Assembly (NCBI RefSeq): GCF_000146505.1 | Contig: NC_017448.1 | Coordinates: 2,640,001 to 2,672,000, forward strand | Reading direction: 5' to 3' | Length of the DNA stretch: 32,000 nt | Origin: Fibrobacter succinogenes subsp. succinogenes S85 | Lineage (GTDB): Bacteria; Fibrobacterota; Fibrobacteria; Fibrobacterales; Fibrobacteraceae | Part shown: in pieces, positions 18,459 to 27,938 of the stretch | How positions within the stretch are numbered: the stretch's first letter is position 1 | Layout: each line of letters begins with the position of its first letter | Notes under the pieces: model-generated | What the model was told of the DNA's origin: nothing | Seen by the model: the letters and a program-made list of their open reading frames with translations, nothing else | Database searches by the model: none | Translations under genes and position numbers: made by a program

Positions 18459-21400
18459 ATGAGTGATAGTGAAAATCAGGTTGCATACGCTGAACTGTTC
18501 TCGGAAATATTTTACGAACAGTTCATTTCCGCATATTATGTGAATTTGCTGGATTTCTCGTATGTCGTTTACTATCGCAAAAAGGGCCTTGAAAAAAAGT
18601 ATGGCGATGGCGTTAACGCCGTATCTGCCCTCCAGAAGTTTATTTCCGAAGATGTCCATCCCGAAGACCGCGATGTGCTGAAGGATATGCTATCTGTAGC
18701 TTATGTACGTGGCCGCCTTAAAAAAGAAAGCAGTTTCTCGTTTGTGGTGCGTGAGATTGTAACAGGCAAGGAACGCTATTGCAAGCTCCAGGTGACCCGT
18801 GGCCGCGATGAAGACCACATGGCCATCTGCTTCTTGAATGTCGATGACGAAATCCGCAAACGCATGAAGGTCGAGGAAGGCTACCGCGTTATCCAGGCCC
18901 TTGCCATGGAATTCAATGCACTTTACCGCATCGATCTTGATTCGGAAAAAATGCATTCCTATGTCAAGTCGCAGACGGCACGCATTTTTGAAAAAGAGCT
19001 TCGCGGTGAAATGTTTTATTCCGAGGCGTTAAAAAAATACGCTACTGAAATTGTATCTAGCGAAGATGCCAAGCGAGTCTTGACGTTGGCGTCAATCGAG
19101 AGCATTCGTGAAAGATTTTCGAGGCAGAGCTACTTCGAGGTGGACTACAAGAATCGCGATGGCCGCTATTTCCAGATGAAATTCGTTCGGGTTTCCGACG
19201 AAAAATCGCCTGTGGTCGTGCTTGGCATTGCAGACCGCGACGAAGAAAAACGTTCGGATGTGATGAACCGCGAATTTTCCGAAATCGCTAATGCGTTGAG
19301 CGTCGAATACGAAATCATCTATTACGTGAACTTGAATGACAATTCGTACGACGTGTTCAACCAGGAAAGTAGCTACATCAAGCTCAAGCTCCTGATGAGC
19401 CGCCAGAATTTTTTCGAAGAATGTACGAGAGACATCAAGAAGATTATCTACCCGCAAGATGTTGAACGGTTGATTTCGGTCATGAATAAGGATTTTTTGC
19501 TCTCTCAGCTTGAGGGCGACAAAACCTTTTCAATCGAATACAGGCTTATGGTCAATGGCGAGCCTCAATACTACCGCCTCAAGGCGCTTTGGTCCAAGGC
19601 CGCTGACGATCATATTATTATCGCTGTTGCCAATATCCACAAGGAAGTCCTTGCCCGTAAAGAGCGCGAACGCAACATGGAACGCAACTTCGACATTATC
19701 AATGTGCTTGCGACGGAATTCACCTCAGTCTACTATGTCGATCTTGATACGGATACGTTTACGCCTTACACGGTGAGCGACTATGCTGAAGTCAATTACG
19801 GAAAGCTGTATCAACACGATAAATGTTATTCTAAAGTGTTCAAGGCGTATGTTGACGGATTTGTCCATGAACTCGATAAGAAAAGAATTGGTGATTTTGC
19901 TTCTATTGAACATATCAAGAAACTGCTTGAAGGCCAAAAATCGTTTATAGCGCACTACAGAAAATACGATACTGGAGGAACCCGTTTTAGCGAGATAAAG
20001 TTCGTGAAAGTCGGTTCGCAAAATGAAACGCCGCGTGCTGTTGTAGTTTGTTTTGCCGACAAGGATGCCGAAATTCTAAACCGCTATGTTGATAGCAAGC
20101 TTTATGAAGATTATTTTGGCGTTTATTTTGTGAATCTCGAAGACGATACTGTCCGCAGTATCCGTGAATCGACGGTTTACGAGAAAGGTAAAACTTATGG
20201 CGGCTTTATCAAGTACAGTAACGCTATTCTTGAGTTCAGCAAGGAGGTCTTGCCGGAGTTCCGCGAAACTTGGGAAAACATGGCGAACGTTGATTTTATG
20301 CGTTCATACTTGGCAGATGTCGATAAGCGCGAGTACAGCTACCGTGCGCTCAAGGGTGAATGGCGTCGCGTGACGACGTTTGTCCTGGAACGTAGAAATG
20401 GCGTGCCGGTGACCTTTATTATGGCGTTCATGTTCATTGACAATATAACCGCTCAAAAAATGGAACTGGACGCAAAGATTGCTGAACAGAAGCAGGAACT
20501 TGAGAAACAGCAGAAACTTCTGGAACAGGCTCTTGTGCAGGCAGAGAAGGCGAACAACGCAAAGACGATGTTTCTTTCTAACATGTCGCATGACATCCGC
20601 ACGCCGATGAATGCCATTATCGGTTTTACAAACCTTGCGCTGAATAATTTGGATGACCCTGTGCTGGTCAAGAATTATTTGAACAAGACTGTCGTTTCGA
20701 GTACGCATTTGCTCTCGCTCATCAATGATATTCTCGATATGAGCCGCATTGAGTCGGGCAAGATTCGGCTTGAAGAGGTAAACTGCAACTTGTCCGAAAT
20801 CATGCATGACCTGAATACGATTGTTTTAGGTCAGGCGAGTGAAAAACAGCAAAACCTTTACATGGATACGTTCAATATCGAGAACGAACTTGTTATTTGT
20901 GACAAGCTGCGCTTGCATCAGATGCTGATCAACCTGCTTTCAAATGCGGTCAAGTTTACGCCGGTTGGCGGGAACATTCATGTGTTTGTCCGCCAGACGG
21001 CTAGCGACGAAAATACGGGAACGTATGAGTTCCATGTCAAGGACGATGGCATCGGCATGAGTCCGGAATTCTTGAAAGTCCTGTACCAACCGTTTGAACG
21101 CGAACGCACCTCAACGATTTCCAAGACGCAAGGGACTGGGCTTGGAATGTCTATCACCAAGAAAATTGTTGATATGATGGGAGGCTCTATAGATGTCGTC
21201 AGTGCGCCTAATCAGGGAACGGAATTCATCGTTCATCTGAAACTGAAAATTCAGGATACTTCTGCGAACTTGACGAATCTTGATGCTTTGCAAAATGCCC
21301 GCGCCCTTGTTGTCGCAAGTGATTACAATGCGTGCTCCAGTGCCACGAATCTTCTGCGCCGTTTGGGAATGCGTGCGGAATGGACTATGTATGGCCGCGA

Positions 21401-22094
21401 AGCGGTATTGCGAGCCAAGGAAGCTGTTGACCGTCACGAATGCTATTCTGTGATTATCCTAGACGACCTATTGCTTGATATGGAAAGTGTCGAAGCGGTG
21501 GAACAGTTGCGTATGATCCCTGGAAGCGATAATCCGATTATCGTCATGGCGTCCTATGACTGTGCAAACATTGAAAAAAGTGCGCGCGAAGCGGGTGTGA
21601 CTGCGTTTATAAGCAAACCGCTATTCCTCACGGAAATGCATGATGTCTTGGCACGTGCCATAGGCGTTTTAAAGGACGAAGTGAAAATTGAGGTTGATGA
21701 TACTTCTTGCTTTGCCGGGAAGAAAATTCTTCTCGTCGAAGACAATGAGCTTAATCGTGAAATCGCACAAAGTGTTCTTGGTGAAATGGGCTTTGGGGTG
21801 GACTGTGCCGAAGATGGCCGTGTCGCCTTGAACGTGCTAGAAAAGGCTAAGCCGGGCGCCTATGACTTGATTTTGATGGATATGCAGATGCCTGTGATGG
21901 ACGGTCTCGAAGCGACTAGGCGTATTCGAGCAATGCGCGATGATTACTTTAAGAAAGTCCCGATTGTGGCAATGACCGCAAATGCGTTTGAAGAAGACCG
22001 CAAGGCCGCACTCGATGCTGGTATGAACGAACATGTCGCAAAACCCATTGACGTCGAAAAACTCAAAAAAGTCCTTCGTAAATTCTTAGGATAA
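18459..22094 (+). CDS. cytoplasmic hybrid sensor histidine kinase: five PAS-like repeats, HisKA, HATPase_c, internal receiver-like domain, terminal REC
   Basis: No TM segment seen. Repeat openers: ISAYYVNLLDFSY, NALYRIDLDSEKM, EIIYYVNLNDNSY, TSVYYVDLDTDTF, FGVYFVNLEDDTV. H-box SNMSHDIRTPMNAIIGF. N/G boxes LLSNAVKFTP, DDGIGM, GTGLGMSI. REC KILLVEDNELN...LILMDMQMPVMDG...HVAKPI. RBS AAGGGAG. Confidence 0.93.
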   Translation: MSDSENQVAYAELFSEIFYEQFISAYYVNLLDFSYVVYYRKKGLEKKYGDGVNAVSALQKFISEDVHPEDRDVLKDMLSVAYVRGRLKKESSFSFVVREIVTGKERYCKLQVTRGRDEDHMAICFLNVDDEIRKRMKVEEGYRVIQALAMEFNALYRIDLDSEKMHSYVKSQTARIFEKELRGEMFYSEALKKYATEIVSSEDAKRVLTLASIESIRERFSRQSYFEVDYKNRDGRYFQMKFVRVSDEKSPVVVLGIADRDEEKRSDVMNREFSEIANALSVEYEIIYYVNLNDNSYDVFNQESSYIKLKLLMSRQNFFEECTRDIKKIIYPQDVERLISVMNKDFLLSQLEGDKTFSIEYRLMVNGEPQYYRLKALWSKAADDHIIIAVANIHKEVLARKERERNMERNFDIINVLATEFTSVYYVDLDTDTFTPYTVSDYAEVNYGKLYQHDKCYSKVFKAYVDGFVHELDKKRIGDFASIEHIKKLLEGQKSFIAHYRKYDTGGTRFSEIKFVKVGSQNETPRAVVVCFADKDAEILNRYVDSKLYEDYFGVYFVNLEDDTVRSIRESTVYEKGKTYGGFIKYSNAILEFSKEVLPEFRETWENMANVDFMRSYLADVDKREYSYRALKGEWRRVTTFVLERRNGVPVTFIMAFMFIDNITAQKMELDAKIAEQKQELEKQQKLLEQALVQAEKANNAKTMFLSNMSHDIRTPMNAIIGFTNLALNNLDDPVLVKNYLNKTVVSSTHLLSLINDILDMSRIESGKIRLEEVNCNLSEIMHDLNTIVLGQASEKQQNLYMDTFNIENELVICDKLRLHQMLINLLSNAVKFTPVGGNIHVFVRQTASDENTGTYEFHVKDDGIGMSPEFLKVLYQPFERERTSTISKTQGTGLGMSITKKIVDMMGGSIDVVSAPNQGTEFIVHLKLKIQDTSANLTNLDALQNARALVVASDYNACSSATNLLRRLGMRAEWTMYGREAVLRAKEAVDRHECYSVIILDDLLLDMESVEAVEQLRMIPGSDNPIIVMASYDCANIEKSAREAGVTAFISKPLFLTEMHDVLARAIGVLKDEVKIEVDDTSCFAGKKILLVEDNELNREIAQSVLGEMGFGVDCAEDGRVALNVLEKAKPGAYDLILMDMQMPVMDGLEATRRIRAMRDDYFKKVPIVAMTANAFEEDRKAALDAGMNEHVAKPIDVEKLKKVLRKFLG

Positions 22095-22099
22095 ACAAA

Positions 22100-22393
22100 T
22101 TATTTAAAGAATTCCACGCACCCGTAGACGGAAATGAGTTCCGGGTTTTCCGGGTCGCGCCTATTCCAACATTGCTGGACTTTAATCTTGCACGGACATT
22201 TTTTGCCTTTGACGAGCATTTCACTGTTGAACGAGAACGAGTCGTTGTTCAGCTGCGGGTCGTGCAGTAATTTTGCAAATTCATCCCAATTTTCGCGTCC
22301 AAAGATGGTCCAAAATTCACTATTGTTTTCGGGTTCCGCCATGGTCGTCGGGAAACTCAACGCCTTTGCATTCCTGGCGTGGAGCTTCAGCAT
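22100..22393 (-). CDS. C-terminal PAS-like domain fragment of the REC-HD-GYP paralog, separated from it by an in-frame TAA (possible pseudogene piece)
   Basis: Same reading frame as 22430-23620. The interval 22394-22429 translates as HGVTFEYTYEPS and aligns with DGILFEYTFNPA of the intact paralog. The C-terminus CKIKVQQCWNRRDPENPELISVYGCVEF aligns with CNVKVLQIWAERQNEAPILTSVYGHIDI. Confidence 0.5.
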   Translation of the reverse strand: MLKLHARNAKALSFPTTMAEPENNSEFWTIFGRENWDEFAKLLHDPQLNNDSFSFNSEMLVKGKKCPCKIKVQQCWNRRDPENPELISVYGCVEFFK

Positions 22394-22429
22394 CGAAGGC
22401 TCGTAAGTGTATTCAAACGTAACCCCGTG

Positions 22430-23620
22430 TTACAACGAAGCAAAGAACTGGCTCTTCTTGTGTTCTGTCAAGTACTGTTCGTAGATGATATTTTCCGTAT
22501 CATTCTCGGTGCTTTCGAAAATGGAACGTGCAATCTTTTCAAAGTCCGCATCGCTGAGCTTGCTTGTGCGTTGGTCGTTCAATTCCTTGGGCAATGTATC
22601 GGCAACATCTCCGAGACATTCCAGGAGCAGCGGGTTAAAGACTCCGCATTCGTTGTTGCGGATCATCTCGAGAGCCTTTTCATGGCTAAACGCTTTCTTG
22701 TAGCATCGTTCGCTGGTGAGGGCGTCGTACACGTCGGCAACGGAAACGACCTGTGCGCTGATAGGAATTTCGTCACCCTTGAGGCCGTCGGGGTAGCCGC
22801 GACCATCCCAGCGTTCATGGTGCCAACGGCAAATGTCGTAGGCGAACTTCATGAGCGGTTCATTTTTGAAGAACTGGATGGCATCAAGCATCTTGGCTCC
22901 GTTCATGGAGTGCTGCTTCATGATGTCAAATTCTTCTTTCGTGAGCTTGCCGGGCTTGTTCAAAATTTCATCGGGAATCGTGATCTTGCCGATATCGTGC
23001 ATTGAAGATGCTGTTGCAATCGTGCCGATTTCCTCTTCGGTAATCTTGTATTCCTTGGTGCGCTTGAGCAGTGCGCGTAAAAGAATGTCTGTAATCTTCT
23101 TGATGTGCAGAACGTGCTGGCCGCTTTCGCCGTTACGGAATTCTACAATGTGGCTCAAGATGGAAATCAGCATGTCGCTGTTTCGCGTCCTTTCGTAAAT
23201 CTTGTCGGTCACAAGTTCCGAAAGCTGCATCTGCTTTAGGTAAAGCCCAATTGTATTGCGGACTCGGTTTTGCACGACCATCTGGTCGAACGGGCGGTAA
23301 ATAAAATCGGTCACTCCGAGCGAGAACGCTCTTTCTACTTGTGGCGTTGAGGTCTCTGCCGAAATCATGACGACTGGGGTCCCTTTGATCCACCCTTTTT
23401 CGTTCATGACTTCAAGAACTCCGAGCCCGTCACGTCCTGGCATAATCATGTCCAGCAAGACGAGCGTAATATCTTTTGCCGTTGTTTCAAGAATCCCGAT
23501 GGCCTCGTCACCGTCTTTTGCTTCGATGATATCATATTCGTCCGAGAGCAGATCCGAAAGTACGACTCTGTTCATGGCGTCATCATCGACAATCAAAATT
23601 TTTGCACGTTCGTTGCTCAT
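22430..23620 (-). CDS. response regulator with HD-GYP phosphodiesterase domain (RpfG-like), truncated relative to its paralog
   Basis: REC KILIVDDDAMNR...VLLDMIMPGRDG...VVMISAE. HD-GYP motifs SSMHDIGKITIPD and HHERWDGRGYPDGL. Ends at a TAA (22430-22432) where the paralog continues. Confidence 0.9.
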   Translation of the reverse strand: MSNERAKILIVDDDAMNRVVLSDLLSDEYDIIEAKDGDEAIGILETTAKDITLVLLDMIMPGRDGLGVLEVMNEKGWIKGTPVVMISAETSTPQVERAFSLGVTDFIYRPFDQMVVQNRVRNTIGLYLKQMQLSELVTDKIYERTRNSDMLISILSHIVEFRNGESGQHVLHIKKITDILLRALLKRTKEYKITEEEIGTIATASSMHDIGKITIPDEILNKPGKLTKEEFDIMKQHSMNGAKMLDAIQFFKNEPLMKFAYDICRWHHERWDGRGYPDGLKGDEIPISAQVVSVADVYDALTSERCYKKAFSHEKALEMIRNNECGVFNPLLLECLGDVADTLPKELNDQRTSKLSDADFEKIARSIFESTENDTENIIYEQYLTEHKKSQFFASL

Positions 23621-23775
23621 GGCCGAAACACCAATTTTTATTTTCTCTTTCTTAAGTGGTTGTACCTCTTTAATTTAAGAAAAATGTAACGAAAAAGAGC
23701 GTTTTGGTCCGCGAAAAATCAAAATACCCCGTCCATTTGCGCAAAATCACCATGTTTTTCTAAATTTTCCTTGAA

Positions 23776-24924
23776 ATGCCGAAACCAGCAAATTATTTCC
23801 CCGCTATTGACGGTCTCCGTCTTCTCGCAAGCCTGAATATTGTCATGCTCCATTTGGGCAGTTCCAACGCCCTCATGTACATGTCCGATTGCAAGTGGGT
23901 GATGCCCATTATCTCTGCGCCTGCCTTTGCAGCGGGGATTTTCTATGTGCTGGCCGGTTTCCTTTTCGCAAGCAAGTACAGCGACCCGGACCGCAGTATC
24001 CCTGTCATTCCGTTTATGTTTGGCCGTATTGCAAAGCTTTACCGCTTGCACTTTTTCATGACGCTCCTCATGTTTGTGCTGGTCGTTTTCAAGATGAGCG
24101 GCTACACGCATTTGCCTGCGCTTTCTGAAATTGGTGATTGTGCTTCGGCGGGATTAGCTAAGATGTTCCACCCGTGGCGGAGCCTCATCATGCACCTCAC
24201 GCTTACGTGGTCGATTGTTCCGGATCTCGGCATGAAGTTGAATGAACCGTCCTGGTCACTCACGAGCTTCTTCCTCTGCTATGCGATTACGCCGTGGTTC
24301 AGCCGTTGGCTTATCAAGCAGAACCGTCGTACGCTCTGGATTCTGTTCGGCGGTGTGTTCGTCCCGGGACTCCTTTGGGCTATCGTGTATGGCAAAACGG
24401 GCAATTTATGGTTTGATGGATTCGATGCCAAGTATCGTTTCTTCCACATGTTTGCGCCGGTGCGTGTCTTTGAATACATCTTTGGCATGGTGCTTTACCG
24501 CCTTTACAACGAGGGCGTCTTTGACGTTTTCAAGAAAGATTATGTGAGTGGCTTGGCGCAGGCTCTTTTACTCCTCGCACTTTATGGGAGCCTCTTCCTC
24601 ATGCGTCCGGATGCCAATCCTGGCTATAATTATTTTATCCATCATAGCCTCCCGATTTTCATTTACGGCATGTTCGTGGTGAGTTTACTTTCGGGCAAGG
24701 GATTCTTGGCGAAGTTCTTTTGCATCCCGCTTGTGCGCCATATCGGTCGCGCTTCGTTCTACCCGTATTTGATTCATCTGCCTATCATCACGTTTGCGTG
24801 GGGCATTTGCAACCTGAACCGCCCGAAGAACACCATCCTTTTGCTCCTCTTCATTTACACTGTCAGCACACTTTACATGGAATTTAAAGTCTGGCGCCGC
24901 AAAAAAGCAAAAGCGAAGGCCTAA
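23776..24924 (+). CDS. acyltransferase family 3 (OafA/YrhL-type) integral membrane protein
   Basis: The N-terminus FPAIDGLRLLASLNIVMLHL matches the acyltransferase_3 opening motif. Multiple hydrophobic segments throughout and no SGNH extension. No clear RBS at the annotated ATG. Confidence 0.85.
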   Translation: MPKPANYFPAIDGLRLLASLNIVMLHLGSSNALMYMSDCKWVMPIISAPAFAAGIFYVLAGFLFASKYSDPDRSIPVIPFMFGRIAKLYRLHFFMTLLMFVLVVFKMSGYTHLPALSEIGDCASAGLAKMFHPWRSLIMHLTLTWSIVPDLGMKLNEPSWSLTSFFLCYAITPWFSRWLIKQNRRTLWILFGGVFVPGLLWAIVYGKTGNLWFDGFDAKYRFFHMFAPVRVFEYIFGMVLYRLYNEGVFDVFKKDYVSGLAQALLLLALYGSLFLMRPDANPGYNYFIHHSLPIFIYGMFVVSLLSGKGFLAKFFCIPLVRHIGRASFYPYLIHLPIITFAWGICNLNRPKNTILLLLFIYTVSTLYMEFKVWRRKKAKAKA

Positions 24925-25041
24925 ATCCAAGACTTTATTCGTCTTTTCACAAACAACTCCTGAAAATAAGTGTATTTTATACCTGTAGGCAACCGTTATA
25001 GGTTGGTGGAAGGGATATCTTGTCGGAGGAGTTGCAAAAAC

Positions 25042-27426
25042 ATGGATTGTCTTGAATCGTCAGACTTGACTCATGCGATTCTTTCGAGTGCAGGCGTCGG
25101 TTTGTGGGTTATTGAGGTAGATGAAGGCCACCCTCCACGAATGTATGCCGACAAGGCTCTTCTCCAGATTCTTGGATTCCCTGAAGAAACTCTCCCCGAA
25201 GACCTCTACAATTTGTGGTGCAACAATGTAGACATCTCGTATTACGAGGCTTATGCCGAGTTTGTGGACCAGATGACCCGCGGCGAAATGTCGGAACTGG
25301 AGTATGCCTGGAACCACCAGTCTCGAGGAATCATTTTCTTGCAAAATCACGGCAAGCGAAATGAAGCCTATAAACGGGGAATGCGCCTTGAAGGGTGCTG
25401 CACCGATGTGACGGAACAGGTCGAATTCAAGATGCATGTGCGCGAACTTGACCAGTATTCCGATATTGCGAACACGCTTGGCGATGGTTTTGATAATATT
25501 TATTACGTCGATATCAACGACAACTCCTTCATTGAATTTAACGCCCAGGGGGTCGTGAAGACTCTAGATGCCAAGAACTGTAAAGACTTTTTTGAAGGAT
25601 TTGAATTGGCGCTTGAAAAGGTCGTATTTCGGGAAGACTGGGCGGCGGTCAAGGATTTTGTCAACAAGGAAAAAATGCTTCACGGTCTGGAAAATGATCG
25701 TGCGGTTTCGGTCTCGTTCCGATTCTCTTTTGACGGGCGTCTGGTGTATTACCGTTTAAAGGCCGCCAAAACTCCCGATTCCGAAAACCACATCGTCGTG
25801 ACGCTTGAAAACGTCGATGAAGAGGAATCCGCCAAGGCGGAACGCAAGGCCATTGCAAACCGCGACATGGCTGTGATTTCTGGCCTGTCCGATGACTTTG
25901 GATGCGTCGTGTACGTGGATTACGAGACTCTTTCCGAGGTACACTACCGCTTTGACCCGATGTTTGATGAGATGGTTCCTGGCTGGTCTAAGATTGACAA
26001 CTTTGGCGAGCGCCTAAAAGTACTTGTCGATACGGTGGTTCATCCGAGTGACCGTGAATCATTCTGCGCAGCGACTGAACCTACGAAGGTTCTTGACATG
26101 GTGGATCGGGAACACATGTACTTTGTCAACTTCAGGTTGCAGGTCGGTGGCGAAGATATTTACTACCAAATTAAGTTCGTCAAGGACGAAAACTTCAAGA
26201 ACCATGTGATTGCGGGTTTCCATAGCGTCGATGCCGAGACCAAACGCGAAATGGCAAACCTTGAGAAGGCGGAACTTGCAAACAAGGCAAAGAGCGCGTT
26301 CCTTTTCAACATGTCGCACGACATCCGCACGCCGCTCAATGCGATGATCGGCTTTACCGACATGGCCGTCAAGAATATTGACGACAAGGCCAAGGCGCTT
26401 GATTGCCTCGGCAAGTCAAAACTTTCGAGTGAACATCTTTTGTCCTTGATCAACGATGTGCTGGACATGTCGCGCATTGAAAGTGGTAAGGTGGAATTGG
26501 ACTTGAATCCTGTTAATTTGGATGAAAATGGCGAAGATTGTGTGCCGATGCTCCGTTCCCTTGCCGAGAAGAAAAACGTACACTTTGAATTTGCGCATCA
26601 CGATATCCAGAACCGCTACGTTTATGTAGACTTCTTGCGTTTGAATCAGGTGATCATCAACGTTGTCTCGAATGCGGTAAAGTACACACCTTCGGGTGGC
26701 TCGGTGACGGTGGATATCACCCAGATTCCGTCAGAACGCGAAGGCTATGGCCTGTATCAGATTGTCATCAAGGATACGGGGATTGGCATGAGTGCCGAAT
26801 ACCAGCAGCACCTCTTTGATGAATTCTCCCGCGAGCGGACATCTACGGTCAGTAAGCAGCAGGGGACAGGTCTTGGGCTTGCCATTACCAAGCGCATTGT
26901 CGATATGATGGAAGGCTCTATCGATGTTGAAAGCAAGGTGGGTGAGGGGTCCAAGTTTACCATCCGCATCCCGATGCGCATTCAGGAAAATCCTGAAGCG
27001 GTGGAACAGGTGCGCTTCGCGCATTCTGAACAGGAATCGATTTCGTTCGAGGGCTTCAAGGTTCTCGTCGTCGAAGATAACGAGCTGAACCTCGAAATTT
27101 CTAAGGATATTCTCGAGAGTGCTGGCGTTGTCGTGGAATCTGCCGAAGATGGTTCCATTGCGGTGGAACGTTTAAAAGAAAAAGGCCCGGATTACTACGA
27201 TTGCATTTTGATGGATATCCAGATGCCTGTAATGGATGGCTTTGAAGCGACTCGTGAAATCCGCAAGATGTTCCCGGACAAGCGGATTCCGATTATTGCC
27301 TTGTCGGCAAATGCCTTTGATGAAGACCGCCGCAAGTCCTTTGAAGCGGGCATGGATGGTCACTTGGCAAAACCCATCGTCATTGCCCAGCTCGAAGATT
27401 CGCTGAAGAAGTTTTTAAAGCATTAG
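25042..27426 (+). CDS. cytoplasmic hybrid sensor histidine kinase: PAS + two PAS-like repeats, HisKA, HATPase_c, REC
   Basis: ATG 25042 lies about 11 nt after GGAGGAG; the track GTG 24970 was rejected. PAS GVGLWVIEVDEG..RMYADKALLQILGF. Repeat openers FDNIYYVDINDNSF and FGCVVYVDYETLSE. H-box FNMSHDIRTPLNAMIGF. VVSNAVKYTP, DTGIGM, GTGLGLAI. REC VLVVEDNELN...ILMDIQMPVMDG...HLAKPI. Confidence 0.9.
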   Translation: MDCLESSDLTHAILSSAGVGLWVIEVDEGHPPRMYADKALLQILGFPEETLPEDLYNLWCNNVDISYYEAYAEFVDQMTRGEMSELEYAWNHQSRGIIFLQNHGKRNEAYKRGMRLEGCCTDVTEQVEFKMHVRELDQYSDIANTLGDGFDNIYYVDINDNSFIEFNAQGVVKTLDAKNCKDFFEGFELALEKVVFREDWAAVKDFVNKEKMLHGLENDRAVSVSFRFSFDGRLVYYRLKAAKTPDSENHIVVTLENVDEEESAKAERKAIANRDMAVISGLSDDFGCVVYVDYETLSEVHYRFDPMFDEMVPGWSKIDNFGERLKVLVDTVVHPSDRESFCAATEPTKVLDMVDREHMYFVNFRLQVGGEDIYYQIKFVKDENFKNHVIAGFHSVDAETKREMANLEKAELANKAKSAFLFNMSHDIRTPLNAMIGFTDMAVKNIDDKAKALDCLGKSKLSSEHLLSLINDVLDMSRIESGKVELDLNPVNLDENGEDCVPMLRSLAEKKNVHFEFAHHDIQNRYVYVDFLRLNQVIINVVSNAVKYTPSGGSVTVDITQIPSEREGYGLYQIVIKDTGIGMSAEYQQHLFDEFSRERTSTVSKQQGTGLGLAITKRIVDMMEGSIDVESKVGEGSKFTIRIPMRIQENPEAVEQVRFAHSEQESISFEGFKVLVVEDNELNLEISKDILESAGVVVESAEDGSIAVERLKEKGPDYYDCILMDIQMPVMDGFEATREIRKMFPDKRIPIIALSANAFDEDRRKSFEAGMDGHLAKPIVIAQLEDSLKKFLKH

Positions 27427-27440
27427 GAAGGTGTGGGGTC

Positions 27441-27559
27441 GCACCTGCGGTGCTTTGAGCTATGAGGTCGGCACGTTGTGCCTTTGGGCTCGCTACGCTT
27501 TGGGCGTTTTTTATTGCATTCCCCCATACCTCAAAGGCACGAAGTGCCGCGCCCATACC
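27441..27559. repeat. hairpin / inverted-repeat cluster between convergent kinase and Hpt genes (probable bidirectional terminator region)
   Basis: GCACC-TGC-GGTGC at 27441-27453. TATGAGGTCGGCACGTTGTGCCTTTGGG (27461-27488) is an imperfect inverted copy of the segment at about 27531-27559. Each arm has its own GGCAC-NNN-GTGCC hairpin, and a T-run lies in between. Confidence 0.35.
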
Positions 27560-27578
27560 CCATACCTGCGTTGTTCAA

Positions 27579-27929
27579 TTAATTCAACTGCTTAATTCCA
27601 GCCACTGCTGCAACGTAGTCTGCTTCGACTTTTTCCAGGAGCGCCTGCGAGTTGGCAGTGAATGCTTCCGGGCGCAAGTCTTCAGTGAGTTCGCTGCTCG
27701 ATGCAGAGAGCTTGTTCAGCCCGAGATTGGCGGCAACGCCCTTAAGCGTGTGCGCAGCGCGGAATGCCGTCTTCGCGTCATTTGCTGCAAAGGCGGCCTT
27801 GAGTTCACTGAAACTCGGATCATTCAAAAAAAGTCCCAAGTACTTTGCTACACGAGATTCCATGCGGAGTCTTTCCAGAACTGCATCCAAAGATTCACCG
27901 AGAGAGCTATAGAATTCAGAAAGTGTCAT
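27579..27929 (-). CDS. stand-alone histidine phosphotransfer (Hpt) protein
   Basis: 116 aa and all-helical, with the Hpt motif FRAAHTLKGVAANLGL (phospho-His in HxxKG). Starts 9 nt after the stop of the upstream RR gene, which looks like an operon. Confidence 0.9.
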   Translation of the reverse strand: MTLSEFYSSLGESLDAVLERLRMESRVAKYLGLFLNDPSFSELKAAFAANDAKTAFRAAHTLKGVAANLGLNKLSASSSELTEDLRPEAFTANSQALLEKVEADYVAAVAGIKQLN

Positions 27930-27938
27930 AAATTTATC

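Noticed and set aside
22379-23005. 208-aa ORF antisense to RR1, and the similar 183-aa ORF 28503-29054 antisense to RR2
   Set aside because: The two antisense products resemble each other only because the sense HD-GYP genes are paralogous. They have no start signals or motifs.
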